A DNA stretch of 32,000 nucleotides from Geotalea daltonii FRC-32 (GCF_000022265.1 NC_011979.1:2490001-2522000), one strand, 5' to 3'; positions 1 through 7,161 are shown, counted from the stretch's first letter. The notes: a model not told the origin generated them from the letters alone. Numbers and translations: made by a program.

Positions 1-423
1 AACTCCATAATTCTCGGAAATCCTCAGGGGAAAAAAAGGCTTTTTGTCTTTACCGATCCAGATTGCCCCTTTTGCGCAAAACTGCATGTGGAGCTGAAGA
101 AGCTTATCGCCATGGATCCGTCGGTAGTCGTGTACGTGAAACTGTTCCCGTTGAAAATGCATCCCGCAGCCTACGACAAATCCCGGGTCATACTCCAGGG
201 ACCGTCGGCCAAGCTTCTCGACGATGCCTTTGCCAAGGTGACCTTGCCTGCTCCTGGCCCTAATACGCCGACCAAAGGTGTGGAGGAAAATATCAAGCTT
301 GCCGGGCGGCTCGGCGTCAATTCTACGCCGACGATGATTTTTTCCGATGGCAGGGTGGTGGCCGGCTCAAAGTCTGCCACTGAAATTCAGGCTCTTTTTA
401 AGATTAAAAAGCCGCATAAATGA
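1..423 (+). CDS. DsbC/DsbG-family periplasmic thiol:disulfide interchange protein, C-terminal thioredoxin-fold part (5' end lies outside the window)
   Basis: Frame 1 is open from base 1 (NSIILGNPQGKKRLFVFTDPDCPFCAKLH...), so the GTG at 88 is internal. It has a CPFC active-site CxxC and a downstream GVNSTPT cis-Pro loop. Stop is TGA at 421-423, followed by a hairpin terminator. Confidence 0.75.
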   Translation, partial: NSIILGNPQGKKRLFVFTDPDCPFCAKLHVELKKLIAMDPSVVVYVKLFPLKMHPAAYDKSRVILQGPSAKLLDDAFAKVTLPAPGPNTPTKGVEENIKLAGRLGVNSTPTMIFSDGRVVAGSKSATEIQALFKIKKPHK

Positions 424-443
424 TGACCAACATGGATGAAAAG

Positions 444-479
444 AAAGGCCTGTCGATGGGACAGGCCTTTTTCTTATTT
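444..479. terminator. Rho-independent-type hairpin, possibly bidirectional
   Basis: AAAGGCCTGTC (444-454), loop GATGG, GACAGGCCTTT (460-470) give a perfect 11-bp stem. TTCTTATTT follows on the + strand. An A-rich run precedes it, which reads as a T-run on the - strand. Confidence 0.65.
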
Positions 480-716
480 CGTGGAATTTTCTTTTTTGTT
501 TTCTCCATCCTTTTTCCCCCGACCCGCGGTGGAGCATGCGTCGGCCATTCAGGTGGAGACGCCGAGACGTGGGAGGATATATTTCTGTAAGACTACCCAC
601 AAGACGAGAAATCCCAGCACTAAAAAAATCTCTTGCATGAAAACCTCCTTTTTCCCAATAAAGTAACATATATTCTAAAAACTGCATACAACGAAAATCA
701 GACTTGCAAAAAACGG

Positions 717-745
717 TTGACATACCCATTGTCTATCGCTATAGT
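717..745 (+). promoter_or_regulatory. Sigma70-type promoter of fur
   Basis: TTGACA (717-722), a 17-nt spacer, then TATAGT (740-745). It lies 29 nt upstream of the proposed GTG start at 774. Confidence 0.6.
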
Positions 746-758
746 GAAAATCATTTTC
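740..758 (+). promoter_or_regulatory. Fur-box-like operator overlapping the fur -10 element (autoregulation candidate)
   Basis: TATAGTGAAAATCATTTTC matches the E. coli Fur box consensus GATAATGATAATCATTATC at 15 of 19 positions. It contains the perfect inverted repeat GAAAAT-C-ATTTTC (746-758). Confidence 0.5.
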
Positions 759-773
759 AATCCGGAGAGGCCT

Positions 774-1205
774 GTGAAGCGTGCCAAGAAAAAAGCTTTC
801 AGCGAGTTTATTGCCCAGAAGGGCCTCAAGTCCACGCGCCAGCGTGACATTATCCTCGATTTCTTCCTGTCTTCGTCGGAACACATGAGCCTTGAAGAGC
901 TTTATCTCAAACTTCGGGCAAAGCACCCGGCCATCGGCTATGCCACGGTCTATCGCACACTGAAGCTTTTCGCCGAGTCAGGCATAGCCCGTGAAATCCA
1001 GTTCGGTGACGGACAGACTCGTTATGAGCATGTGACTGAAGGGGAGCACCATGACCATCTGGTTTGTACCCGCTGCGGCGCCATTGCCGAGTTTGAGAAC
1101 GAGACCATTGAAAAGCTGCAGGACGAGATAGCTGCCGGTTACGGCTTTCTCATCAAAACACATAAGCTCGAGCTGTATGGCCTATGTGCCAAATGCCGCA
1201 GATAA
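774..1205 (+). CDS. fur: Ferric uptake regulator family transcriptional repressor
   Basis: It has a winged-helix region (YATVYRTLKLFAESGIA), an HHDH metal site, and CxxC...CxxC (CTRCG...CAKC). The track ORF starts at 633, but that start lies upstream of the predicted promoter. GTG at 774 is preceded by GGAGAGG and gives a typical 143-aa Fur. Confidence 0.9.
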   Translation: MKRAKKKAFSEFIAQKGLKSTRQRDIILDFFLSSSEHMSLEELYLKLRAKHPAIGYATVYRTLKLFAESGIAREIQFGDGQTRYEHVTEGEHHDHLVCTRCGAIAEFENETIEKLQDEIAAGYGFLIKTHKLELYGLCAKCRR

Positions 1206-1210
1206 AATTT

Positions 1211-1243
1211 TTTACCGCACATTTGAAAATGACTATCAATTAC
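1211..1243 (+). promoter_or_regulatory. Candidate feoB promoter with an overlapping Fur-box-like operator
   Basis: TTTACC (1211-1216), 17-nt spacer, TATCAA (1234-1239). GAAAATGACTATCAATTAC (1225-1243) matches the 19-bp Fur consensus at 13 of 19 positions and covers the spacer and -10 element. Confidence 0.45.
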
Positions 1244-1263
1244 AACTAAGGAAGTAAACCCAA

Positions 1264-3255
1264 ATGGATGTATTCAAGAAAAAGGCTTCATGTCATTCCA
1301 ATGCCAGTGCATCAACCGGTGCGGCCAAGAAGGTCGCACTGGTGGGAAACCCTAATGTGGGGAAAAGTGTCCTTTTCAATGCCTTGACCGGTGCTTATGT
1401 CACGGTTTCCAATTACCCCGGCACTTCGGTAGAGGTGGCTCGCGGTTCCGCCTCGATCAACGGCGAAGTATGTGAGATCATAGACACGCCGGGCATGTAT
1501 TCTCTCCTGCCGATTACCGAGGAGGAGCGGGTAGCCCGCGAGATTCTACTCAAGGAATCTCCCGATGTGGTTCTGCACGTGCTGGATGCAAGGAACCTGG
1601 AGCGGATGCTGGTCATGACCCTGCAGCTTATCGATGCCCAGTTGCCGGTGGTGCTGGTGGTGAATATCATGGACGAGGCGGAGCGGATGGGACTTGTAAT
1701 CGACATCCCACTCCTGCAGGAAAAACTCGGCATTCCGGTCATAGGTGCTGCCACCGCCAAAAAACGTGGCCTGGAAGAGATCAGGAAGGCCATTACCGGC
1801 TACAGCAGGAAGACTCGTGCGGTATTCGGCTACAGCAAACGGCTGGAGGCGGATATCGAAAGTGTCGCTCAGCTGATCAAGTGCGACTATCCGTTAGCGA
1901 AAAAATCGCTGGCGCTGCTGCTCTTGCAGAGGGACGAAGAGGTAACCGCCCTCATTGCCGAACGTGAAGGTGAAGGTTTTGCAGCCGTTTCCGACAAAGT
2001 GCGCGAGAAAACCTTCGAGCGGCGGGAATCCTTTAACCTGGACCTGTCCATGGAGCGAAAAGGTATAGTCAAAGGACTCCTTGCCGGGGTTTTCAATCTG
2101 CCGGACAAGAGGGTCGTTACATTTAATGAGCGCCTTTCCAGTTGGGCGGTCAGACCCTTAACAGGGATACCTTTGTTGCTGATAGTTCTTTATTATGGCC
2201 TTTACCAGTTCGTCGGTGTCTTTGGTGCCGGTACGCTCGTTGATTTTCTCGAAGGGACTCTCTTTGAAGGATATTTCAACCCCTGGATCACAGAATTCAT
2301 CAAAGGGGTGGTTCCCTGGGAAGTCATTCAGGAACTTTTTGTCGGAGAATACGGTGTGCTGACCCTTGGTCTGCGTTATGCAGTGGGAATCATTCTTCCC
2401 ATTGTTGCGACCTTTTTCCTCTTCTTTTCCATTCTTGAGGACAGCGGCTATTTTCCGCGGCTGGCGTTGCTGGTAGACAGGGTCTTCAAGAAAATCGGCC
2501 TCACCGGCCGTGCCGTCATTCCCATCGTTCTCGGTTTCGGTTGCGATACCATGGCTACCATGGTTACCCGTACGCTGGAAACGGTGCGTGAGCGAATTCT
2601 CGCCACCCTGCTGCTGGCTCTGGCCATTCCCTGTTCCGCACAGCTCGGCGTTATTCTGGCGCTTTTATCCAAGGCGCCCGGGGCTCTTCTGGTCTGGAGC
2701 ATCAGCCTTTTGCTCATATTCCTTTTAATTGGATTTCTTGCGGCCCGCCTTGTGCCCGGCGAGACCCCGATGTTCTATATGGAGCTGCCACCCATGCGGC
2801 TTCCCCAGCTGTCCAACGTTCTAACCAAGACCTATACCAGGATGCAATGGTACTTTCTGGAAATCCTGCCGCTCTTCATACTGGCATCGGTGCTGCTGTG
2901 GATCGGCAAACTCACTCATTTTTTCGAGAAGTCAGTGGAAGTCATGAGCCCGGTAATGTCCATGATGGGACTGCCCAAGGATGTAGCTGTCGCCTTCATC
3001 TTCGGCTTCTTCCGTCGGGATTATGGGGCTGCCGGACTGTATGATCTGCAGACCAAGGGTATACTGGATGGACGGCAATTGACGGTTGCAGCGGTGACGC
3101 TGACCCTCTTCATTCCCTGTGTGGCCCAGTTCCTGGTCATGAAAAGAGAGCGAGGTTTAAAGGTCGCCTTGGCCATCGGTGTCTTTGTCAGCGCTCTTGC
3201 CTTTGGCAGCGGTTATCTGCTCAACCAGTTCCTGCTCGTCACCAAGCTGGTGTAA
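1264..3255 (+). CDS. feoB: Ferrous iron transporter FeoB (N-terminal G domain plus polytopic membrane domain)
   Basis: G1 motif GNPNVGKS, G3 motif DTPG, and NIMD for G4. A long hydrophobic C-terminal domain is typical of FeoB. The protein is 663 aa, and an AAGGAAG RBS precedes the ATG. Confidence 0.95.
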   Translation: MDVFKKKASCHSNASASTGAAKKVALVGNPNVGKSVLFNALTGAYVTVSNYPGTSVEVARGSASINGEVCEIIDTPGMYSLLPITEEERVAREILLKESPDVVLHVLDARNLERMLVMTLQLIDAQLPVVLVVNIMDEAERMGLVIDIPLLQEKLGIPVIGAATAKKRGLEEIRKAITGYSRKTRAVFGYSKRLEADIESVAQLIKCDYPLAKKSLALLLLQRDEEVTALIAEREGEGFAAVSDKVREKTFERRESFNLDLSMERKGIVKGLLAGVFNLPDKRVVTFNERLSSWAVRPLTGIPLLLIVLYYGLYQFVGVFGAGTLVDFLEGTLFEGYFNPWITEFIKGVVPWEVIQELFVGEYGVLTLGLRYAVGIILPIVATFFLFFSILEDSGYFPRLALLVDRVFKKIGLTGRAVIPIVLGFGCDTMATMVTRTLETVRERILATLLLALAIPCSAQLGVILALLSKAPGALLVWSISLLLIFLLIGFLAARLVPGETPMFYMELPPMRLPQLSNVLTKTYTRMQWYFLEILPLFILASVLLWIGKLTHFFEKSVEVMSPVMSMMGLPKDVAVAFIFGFFRRDYGAAGLYDLQTKGILDGRQLTVAAVTLTLFIPCVAQFLVMKRERGLKVALAIGVFVSALAFGSGYLLNQFLLVTKLV

Positions 3256-3270
3256 CAAGAGGTTATCTCA

Positions 3271-3453
3271 ATGAAGTGCGGCTATTGCGGACACGAATTC
3301 AGCCAGGAAGAAGGCATCACCGGTTGCGGGAAATGCGGCAAACCGGGGAAATGTAGCATGGTACGCTGTCCACGCTGCTACTATGAGAATCCACCTGAAA
3401 TGAAGGTGTTGAAGAAACTAAAGGGATTGTTGGTGAAAAACGATAAAGAATAG
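3271..3453 (+). CDS. Small Cys-rich zinc-ribbon-like protein coupled to feoB
   Basis: The 60-aa product has three CxxC knuckles (CGYC, CGKC, CPRC) plus one extra Cys, and a basic C-terminal tail. It starts 15 nt after the feoB stop and has an AGAGG RBS. It has no TM segment, so it differs from winged-helix FeoC and from the TM-anchored FeoB-associated Cys-rich family. Confidence 0.6.
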   Translation: MKCGYCGHEFSQEEGITGCGKCGKPGKCSMVRCPRCYYENPPEMKVLKKLKGLLVKNDKE

Positions 3454-3480
3454 CAGGTTAAAACAATACAAGGAGCATGT

Positions 3481-4125
3481 ATGAAGTTATCGGATAAAGC
3501 GGAAGAAATTTTGGAAGCGCTATGGATTGCCGTTGAGGAGGAAGGAAAAGGCTTTGCCGAGATCGATAATATCGGCATTCCGGCCGGTGATCCAGCCTAC
3601 CAGGAGTTGACCTCCCAGACCCTGGTCGAGGTAAAGGAGGGGCGGGTCTACTTTCGTCCGGAGGGCAAGGTAGAAGGCAGGCGTACGATCCGCCGCCACC
3701 GGCTGGCAGAACGGCTGCTCATGGATGTGCTGAATGTACGTGGGGAGGCCGGAGACGACAAGGCTTGCCAGTTCGAGCATCTGCTCAACGAAGGGGTCGA
3801 TGCCAAGGTCTGCACCATGCTCAACCATCCCACCACCTGTCCCCACGGCAAACACATTCCGCCCGGGGAGTGCTGCGAGGAAGCGAAAAAAAGCGGTGAT
3901 CTGGGTGTTGTCCCCCTCACGGAGCTGAAATCGGGCGAAGAAGGGGAAATAGCCTATATCCAGACAGAAGACAGTAAAAAGATGCAGAAACTCATGGCCA
4001 TGGGGGTGCTTCCCGGCAACCGCATCATCCTCTCCCAGACCTTCCCCACCTACATTTTCAGGGTAGGTTTTTCCGAATTTGCCATCGATTCGGCCATGGC
4101 CCGTGAAATTTTTGTCCGAAAGTAG
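3481..4125 (+). CDS. ideR: DtxR/IdeR-family metal-dependent transcriptional regulator with a C-terminal FeoA/SH3-like domain
   Basis: It has RRHRLAERLL dimerisation and metal-site helices, and CQFEH, which is the DtxR-type C-x-x-E-H metal site. The C-terminal LTELKSGEEGEIAYI...GVLPGNRI is an SH3/FeoA-like fold. An AAGGAG RBS is present. Confidence 0.85.
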   Translation: MKLSDKAEEILEALWIAVEEEGKGFAEIDNIGIPAGDPAYQELTSQTLVEVKEGRVYFRPEGKVEGRRTIRRHRLAERLLMDVLNVRGEAGDDKACQFEHLLNEGVDAKVCTMLNHPTTCPHGKHIPPGECCEEAKKSGDLGVVPLTELKSGEEGEIAYIQTEDSKKMQKLMAMGVLPGNRIILSQTFPTYIFRVGFSEFAIDSAMAREIFVRK

Positions 4126-4301
4126 GCGGCGTTAAAAGTCTATAAATAGCTGCCGATTTCCTGTAACTTAGTATACTTATAGATGTGTACCTGCTGAAGA
4201 GGCATGTTTTTCTTGAATAAAGGACGCAAATTTATTACCCTTCACCGGCGTTTGGACTACGGACCGGTCCACATACAAATCACGCTTTGGAGGACACATC
4301 A

Positions 4302-4772
4302 ATGAAAAAAAATTCTGTCATGCTGACGGCTGTTTCCCTGCTCTTCGCCGCCACCTCAGCATTTGCTGCCACCGGCACGCTACCCAAGGGGTACGAAAAG
4401 TGGGAGAAAAGCAAGGAAAAGGTAGTCAGTGACAAGAGTTCGCTTTTCTATGGGGTTCACAACATCTATGTGGACAAGAAAGCCATGCCCGCCTACAAAG
4501 CCGGAGGAAAATATCCCGAAGGCAGCCGCTTTGTGGTCGATTACTACAAGTTAAAGGAAGAAAACGGCAAGCCGGTAAAAGGTAAAAAGAACATGATTGT
4601 CCTGATGAAAAAGGACAAGAAATTCAAAGAAACCGGCGGCTGGCAATTCGTCGGTTTCACCGGCGAGGGGAAGGCTTCCAAGCTTGACCCGGTGAAAAAC
4701 TGCTATGAATGCCATCTGAAAGAAGCAAAAGATAGAGATTACGTCATTTCGAAGTATACCGATTTCAAATAA
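4302..4772 (+). CDS. Periplasmic monohaem c-type cytochrome, cytochrome P460 / c'-beta family-like
   Basis: It has a signal peptide (MKKNSVMLTAVSLLFAATSAFA) and a single C-terminal CYECH haem c motif, followed by DYVI. The upstream GGWQFVGF fits the pattern I associate with the P460 family. The GGAGGA RBS favours ATG 4302 over TTG 4287. Confidence 0.6.
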   Translation: MKKNSVMLTAVSLLFAATSAFAATGTLPKGYEKWEKSKEKVVSDKSSLFYGVHNIYVDKKAMPAYKAGGKYPEGSRFVVDYYKLKEENGKPVKGKKNMIVLMKKDKKFKETGGWQFVGFTGEGKASKLDPVKNCYECHLKEAKDRDYVISKYTDFK

Positions 4773-4803
4773 CAAACCCCCGCGAGAAGTCTCCATCTCA
4801 AAA

Positions 4804-4836
4804 AGCATCACAGGACCTGTGGTGCTTTTTTATTTT
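4804..4836 (+). terminator. Rho-independent terminator
   Basis: AGCATCACA pairs with TGTGGTGCT (9 bp, one G-U), with loop GGACC, followed by TTTTTTATTTT. Confidence 0.7.
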
Positions 4837-4854
4837 CTAAAAATTATTTATCCC

Positions 4855-4881
4855 TCAAGCTATTCCGCCTTCTGACGATAT
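4855..4881 (+). promoter_or_regulatory. Weak sigma28 (FliA)-like promoter candidate for the che operon
   Basis: TCAA-N15-GACGATAT compared with consensus TAAA-N15-GCCGATAA gives 3 of 4 and 6 of 8 matches. It lies 58 nt upstream of the ATG at 4939. Confidence 0.3.
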
Positions 4882-4938
4882 GTTTAAAAACAAGGGTGGT
4901 GCACTGCCTTTACATCTGCATGAAACAGGGTTGAAACT

Positions 4939-6765
4939 ATGTTTATGGATAACAACGTGCCGGCCTTCAATGTCAAATCCTTGCCATCCTCCTGGCCTGC
5001 ACGCCTCGCCTCGGCAAGCCGGCTATTGATGGAGATATCAGGCACCACAGAGGAAGAATTCCTGGCAACCGGGGCTAGGCTCCACGATTTTTACGACCGG
5101 GCCGGACAAATCTCACAAATGTCTTCGGAGATGGCCGGCCAGGTTTCCGGCGAAGAAATTTCCCATACCATTGGCCGCCTTCGGGAGATACTTGTCCAGA
5201 TGGACGAGTACCTGGTCCATGGGGAGAAGGAGACGGAACAGAGTTCCCAAACCTTGCGCTCAATTCTTCTTTTATTGGACAGGACTGCTGCTCCCCTTTC
5301 AGGTTTCAGGAAAATAAACAAGTCGCTGCGCATGCTCGGTATTTCAACCAAGATAGAAAGTGCACGTCTTGGGCAGAGCGCTGCAGGATTCGATACGCTG
5401 GCAAACGATGTCGCTCAGCTTTCCATTCAGGTTCTTGAAAAGGCGGGGACAATACTTGAACAAAAGGAACTGCTGACCTCTGTGATCCGCCAGACCCTGA
5501 ACCAGGTTCTTGATCTGGGCATAGAACAAAAGGGTCAGGTAAAGGGAATACTGGAAAGAACCCAGGCAAGTCTTGCTGCCCTGACTGAAGTCAATTCCCG
5601 TTGTTCCACGGCTGCATCTGCCATAGCCGAAGCTTCGGGAGTCGTGTCCCGAAACATTGGCGAAGTTGTCATGTCCATGCAGTTCCACGATATAGTCCGT
5701 CAACAGATCGAGCATGTGGCCGAGGCTCTGGATGATCTGCAGAACAGCCTGGAAAGCGAGGGAGAAGACCGGGATGGGATGGCGCCCGCTCTGGCGCAGA
5801 CTGCTGTCGGTATTTGCCAACTGCAGGCGGCACAGCTATCCCATGCCAGCGATGAACTCAATGGCGCTGTGGGGCGTATTGTCGACAACTTGCACGGCAT
5901 AGCGGCAAAGGAAGCACGCCTTTCCGAAGATACCAGTGCCATGGCAGGTGTGGCAGATCAGACGGGAAGCTCTTTCCTGACGGGACTGGAAGCCGATCTC
6001 ACCGTGGTTGGCGCCGTTCTGGACCAGAGTTCCCAGCTCAATCGTGCCCTGACCAAGGCCATGAACACCGTTGCCGAAACGGTAACGGAGATTACGGCGT
6101 TTGTCAGCGATATTGAGTTCATCGGTGAGGAAATCGAACTCATCGCCCTCAATGCACAGGTGAAAGCTGCCCTGACCGGTGACGATGGTGCCGCGCTTGG
6201 AGTCCTTGCAGAGGCTATTCAACGGCTGTCGGTGGATGCCATTGCCCAGACCTCTGCCGTTTCCAATATGTTGACCGAAGTTACCAATGCCACCGAAGGA
6301 CTCTGCAACAGCGCCAGGGCAGATGCGACCGAGCTTGACCAGGAAGTGGAAGAAATGGTCAGTTCACTGCCGGGGCTGCTTCAATCCCTGCAGAGAGTGA
6401 ATGATTCACTTAGCGAATGTCTGAAGAACATGCAAGGGGCTGTTGAAACGCTTTGTACAGATATTGACGCAGCAACCAACGGCATTACGGCCCATTTTCA
6501 GGTGACCCAGGTGATCGACCAGGTAAGGAGCGAACTGTGCACCATTATCGATGAAGCCCGTCTCATCGCTCCGTCATCTGATGCTGAAAACGGCAATCTG
6601 ATGCAGCTTGCCGACCGCTACACCATGGACAGCGAACGCAAGATCCATCATTCCATGATCAAAAAAGAAGAGGGAGCAAGTACTCAACCTGTACCTGCCG
6701 ATCCTGTCAGCGAAGTTTCTTCGCCGGCATCCGATGGGCTGGGAGATAACGTGGAGCTGTTTTAA
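4939..6765 (+). CDS. Soluble MCP-like coiled-coil protein with two degenerate MCP signalling-tip motifs
   Basis: No hydrophobic TM segment is visible. Residues 123-165 (LRMLGISTKIESARLGQSAAGFDTLANDVAQLS) and 392-434 (IELIALNAQVKAALTGDDGAALGVLAEAIQRLS) both align with the MCP hairpin tip [31 protein letters not shown] seen in the five MCPs of this window. The protein is rich in Ala, Glu, Gln and Leu in a heptad-like pattern. The start could alternatively be ATG 4945. Confidence 0.6.
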   Translation: MFMDNNVPAFNVKSLPSSWPARLASASRLLMEISGTTEEEFLATGARLHDFYDRAGQISQMSSEMAGQVSGEEISHTIGRLREILVQMDEYLVHGEKETEQSSQTLRSILLLLDRTAAPLSGFRKINKSLRMLGISTKIESARLGQSAAGFDTLANDVAQLSIQVLEKAGTILEQKELLTSVIRQTLNQVLDLGIEQKGQVKGILERTQASLAALTEVNSRCSTAASAIAEASGVVSRNIGEVVMSMQFHDIVRQQIEHVAEALDDLQNSLESEGEDRDGMAPALAQTAVGICQLQAAQLSHASDELNGAVGRIVDNLHGIAAKEARLSEDTSAMAGVADQTGSSFLTGLEADLTVVGAVLDQSSQLNRALTKAMNTVAETVTEITAFVSDIEFIGEEIELIALNAQVKAALTGDDGAALGVLAEAIQRLSVDAIAQTSAVSNMLTEVTNATEGLCNSARADATELDQEVEEMVSSLPGLLQSLQRVNDSLSECLKNMQGAVETLCTDIDAATNGITAHFQVTQVIDQVRSELCTIIDEARLIAPSSDAENGNLMQLADRYTMDSERKIHHSMIKKEEGASTQPVPADPVSEVSSPASDGLGDNVELF

Positions 6766-6798
6766 TATTCAGCGTCAGCTTTAGGAGGAGAATCTGTT

Positions 6799-7161
6799 AT
6801 GGGTGAACTGAAGGTGACCATGGCCAAAGCGGAAGGGAACCCTGCTGCCTTGGTTGTAAAAGTCAGCGGACCGCTTACCGTCCAGAACGTTGGAGAATTG
6901 AAAACTTCTCTTTTGCAGGCATTGGAGGGAGGGGAACAGCTTTGCCTCGACCTGGCCGGGGTGACGGAGGTCGACCTGGCAGGCCTGCAACTCCTATGCT
7001 CGGCTCACCGCAGTTCCCTGCACCTTAACAAGCATCTCTGCATTACTACCGGTGATAGTGATATTATTGATACGGCGAGCATGGAAGCAGGTTTTCAGCG
7101 CCATGTGGGATGTGCCCAGGACAAGGAAAAAAGCTGCTTTTGGGTGGGAGGGAATGATTGA
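6799..7161 (+). CDS. STAS-domain protein (anti-sigma-factor-antagonist fold) lacking the phosphorylatable Ser
   Basis: LVVKVSGPLTVQNVGELKTSL...LCLDLAGVTEVDLAGLQLL has the SpoIIAA/RsbV-like topology. The DSSG position reads DLAG. An AGGAGGA RBS is present, and the stop overlaps the cheY start (TGATG). Confidence 0.75.
   Translation: MGELKVTMAKAEGNPAALVVKVSGPLTVQNVGELKTSLLQALEGGEQLCLDLAGVTEVDLAGLQLLCSAHRSSLHLNKHLCITTGDSDIIDTASMEAGFQRHVGCAQDKEKSCFWVGGND

Noticed and set aside
549-551. Selenocysteine decoding of the in-frame TGA in the minus-strand small ORF.
   Set aside because: This is not asserted. The downstream stem is short and bulged, and I cannot verify a SECIS apical loop or a Cys homologue without searches. 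It is kept only as one of three options in the corresponding finding.
367-729. A 120-aa minus-strand ORF spanning the dsbC-fur intergenic region.
   Set aside because: It crosses a terminator hairpin and the fur promoter, overlaps the 3' end of the dsbC-like gene, and has no RBS. A different frame in the same region carries a much better small-ORF candidate, reported as a finding.
633-773. N-terminal extensions in the ORF track: fur from 633, MCP3 from 14718, HK from 18251, cheW-2 from 22310, MCP5 from 22818 and kdsB from 28746.
   Set aside because: The extensions overlap predicted promoters, terminators or the preceding gene. They lack an RBS and add residues absent from the paralogues in this window. 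Internal starts with good Shine-Dalgarno sequences give canonical N-termini.
4170-4195. A DtxR/IdeR operator upstream of the cytochrome gene (AGTATACT palindrome region).
   Set aside because: Only an 8-bp palindrome is present. The match to the 19-bp DtxR/IdeR consensus TTAGGTTAGCCTAACCTAA is poor at most positions.
4205-4245. A possible c-di-GMP (GEMM-I) riboswitch upstream of the cytochrome gene, suggested by the sequence GGACGCAAA.
   Set aside because: Only this one short block resembles the GEMM-I consensus. The GGCAAACC-type first tetraloop-receptor arm and the paired P1 and P2 architecture are not present.
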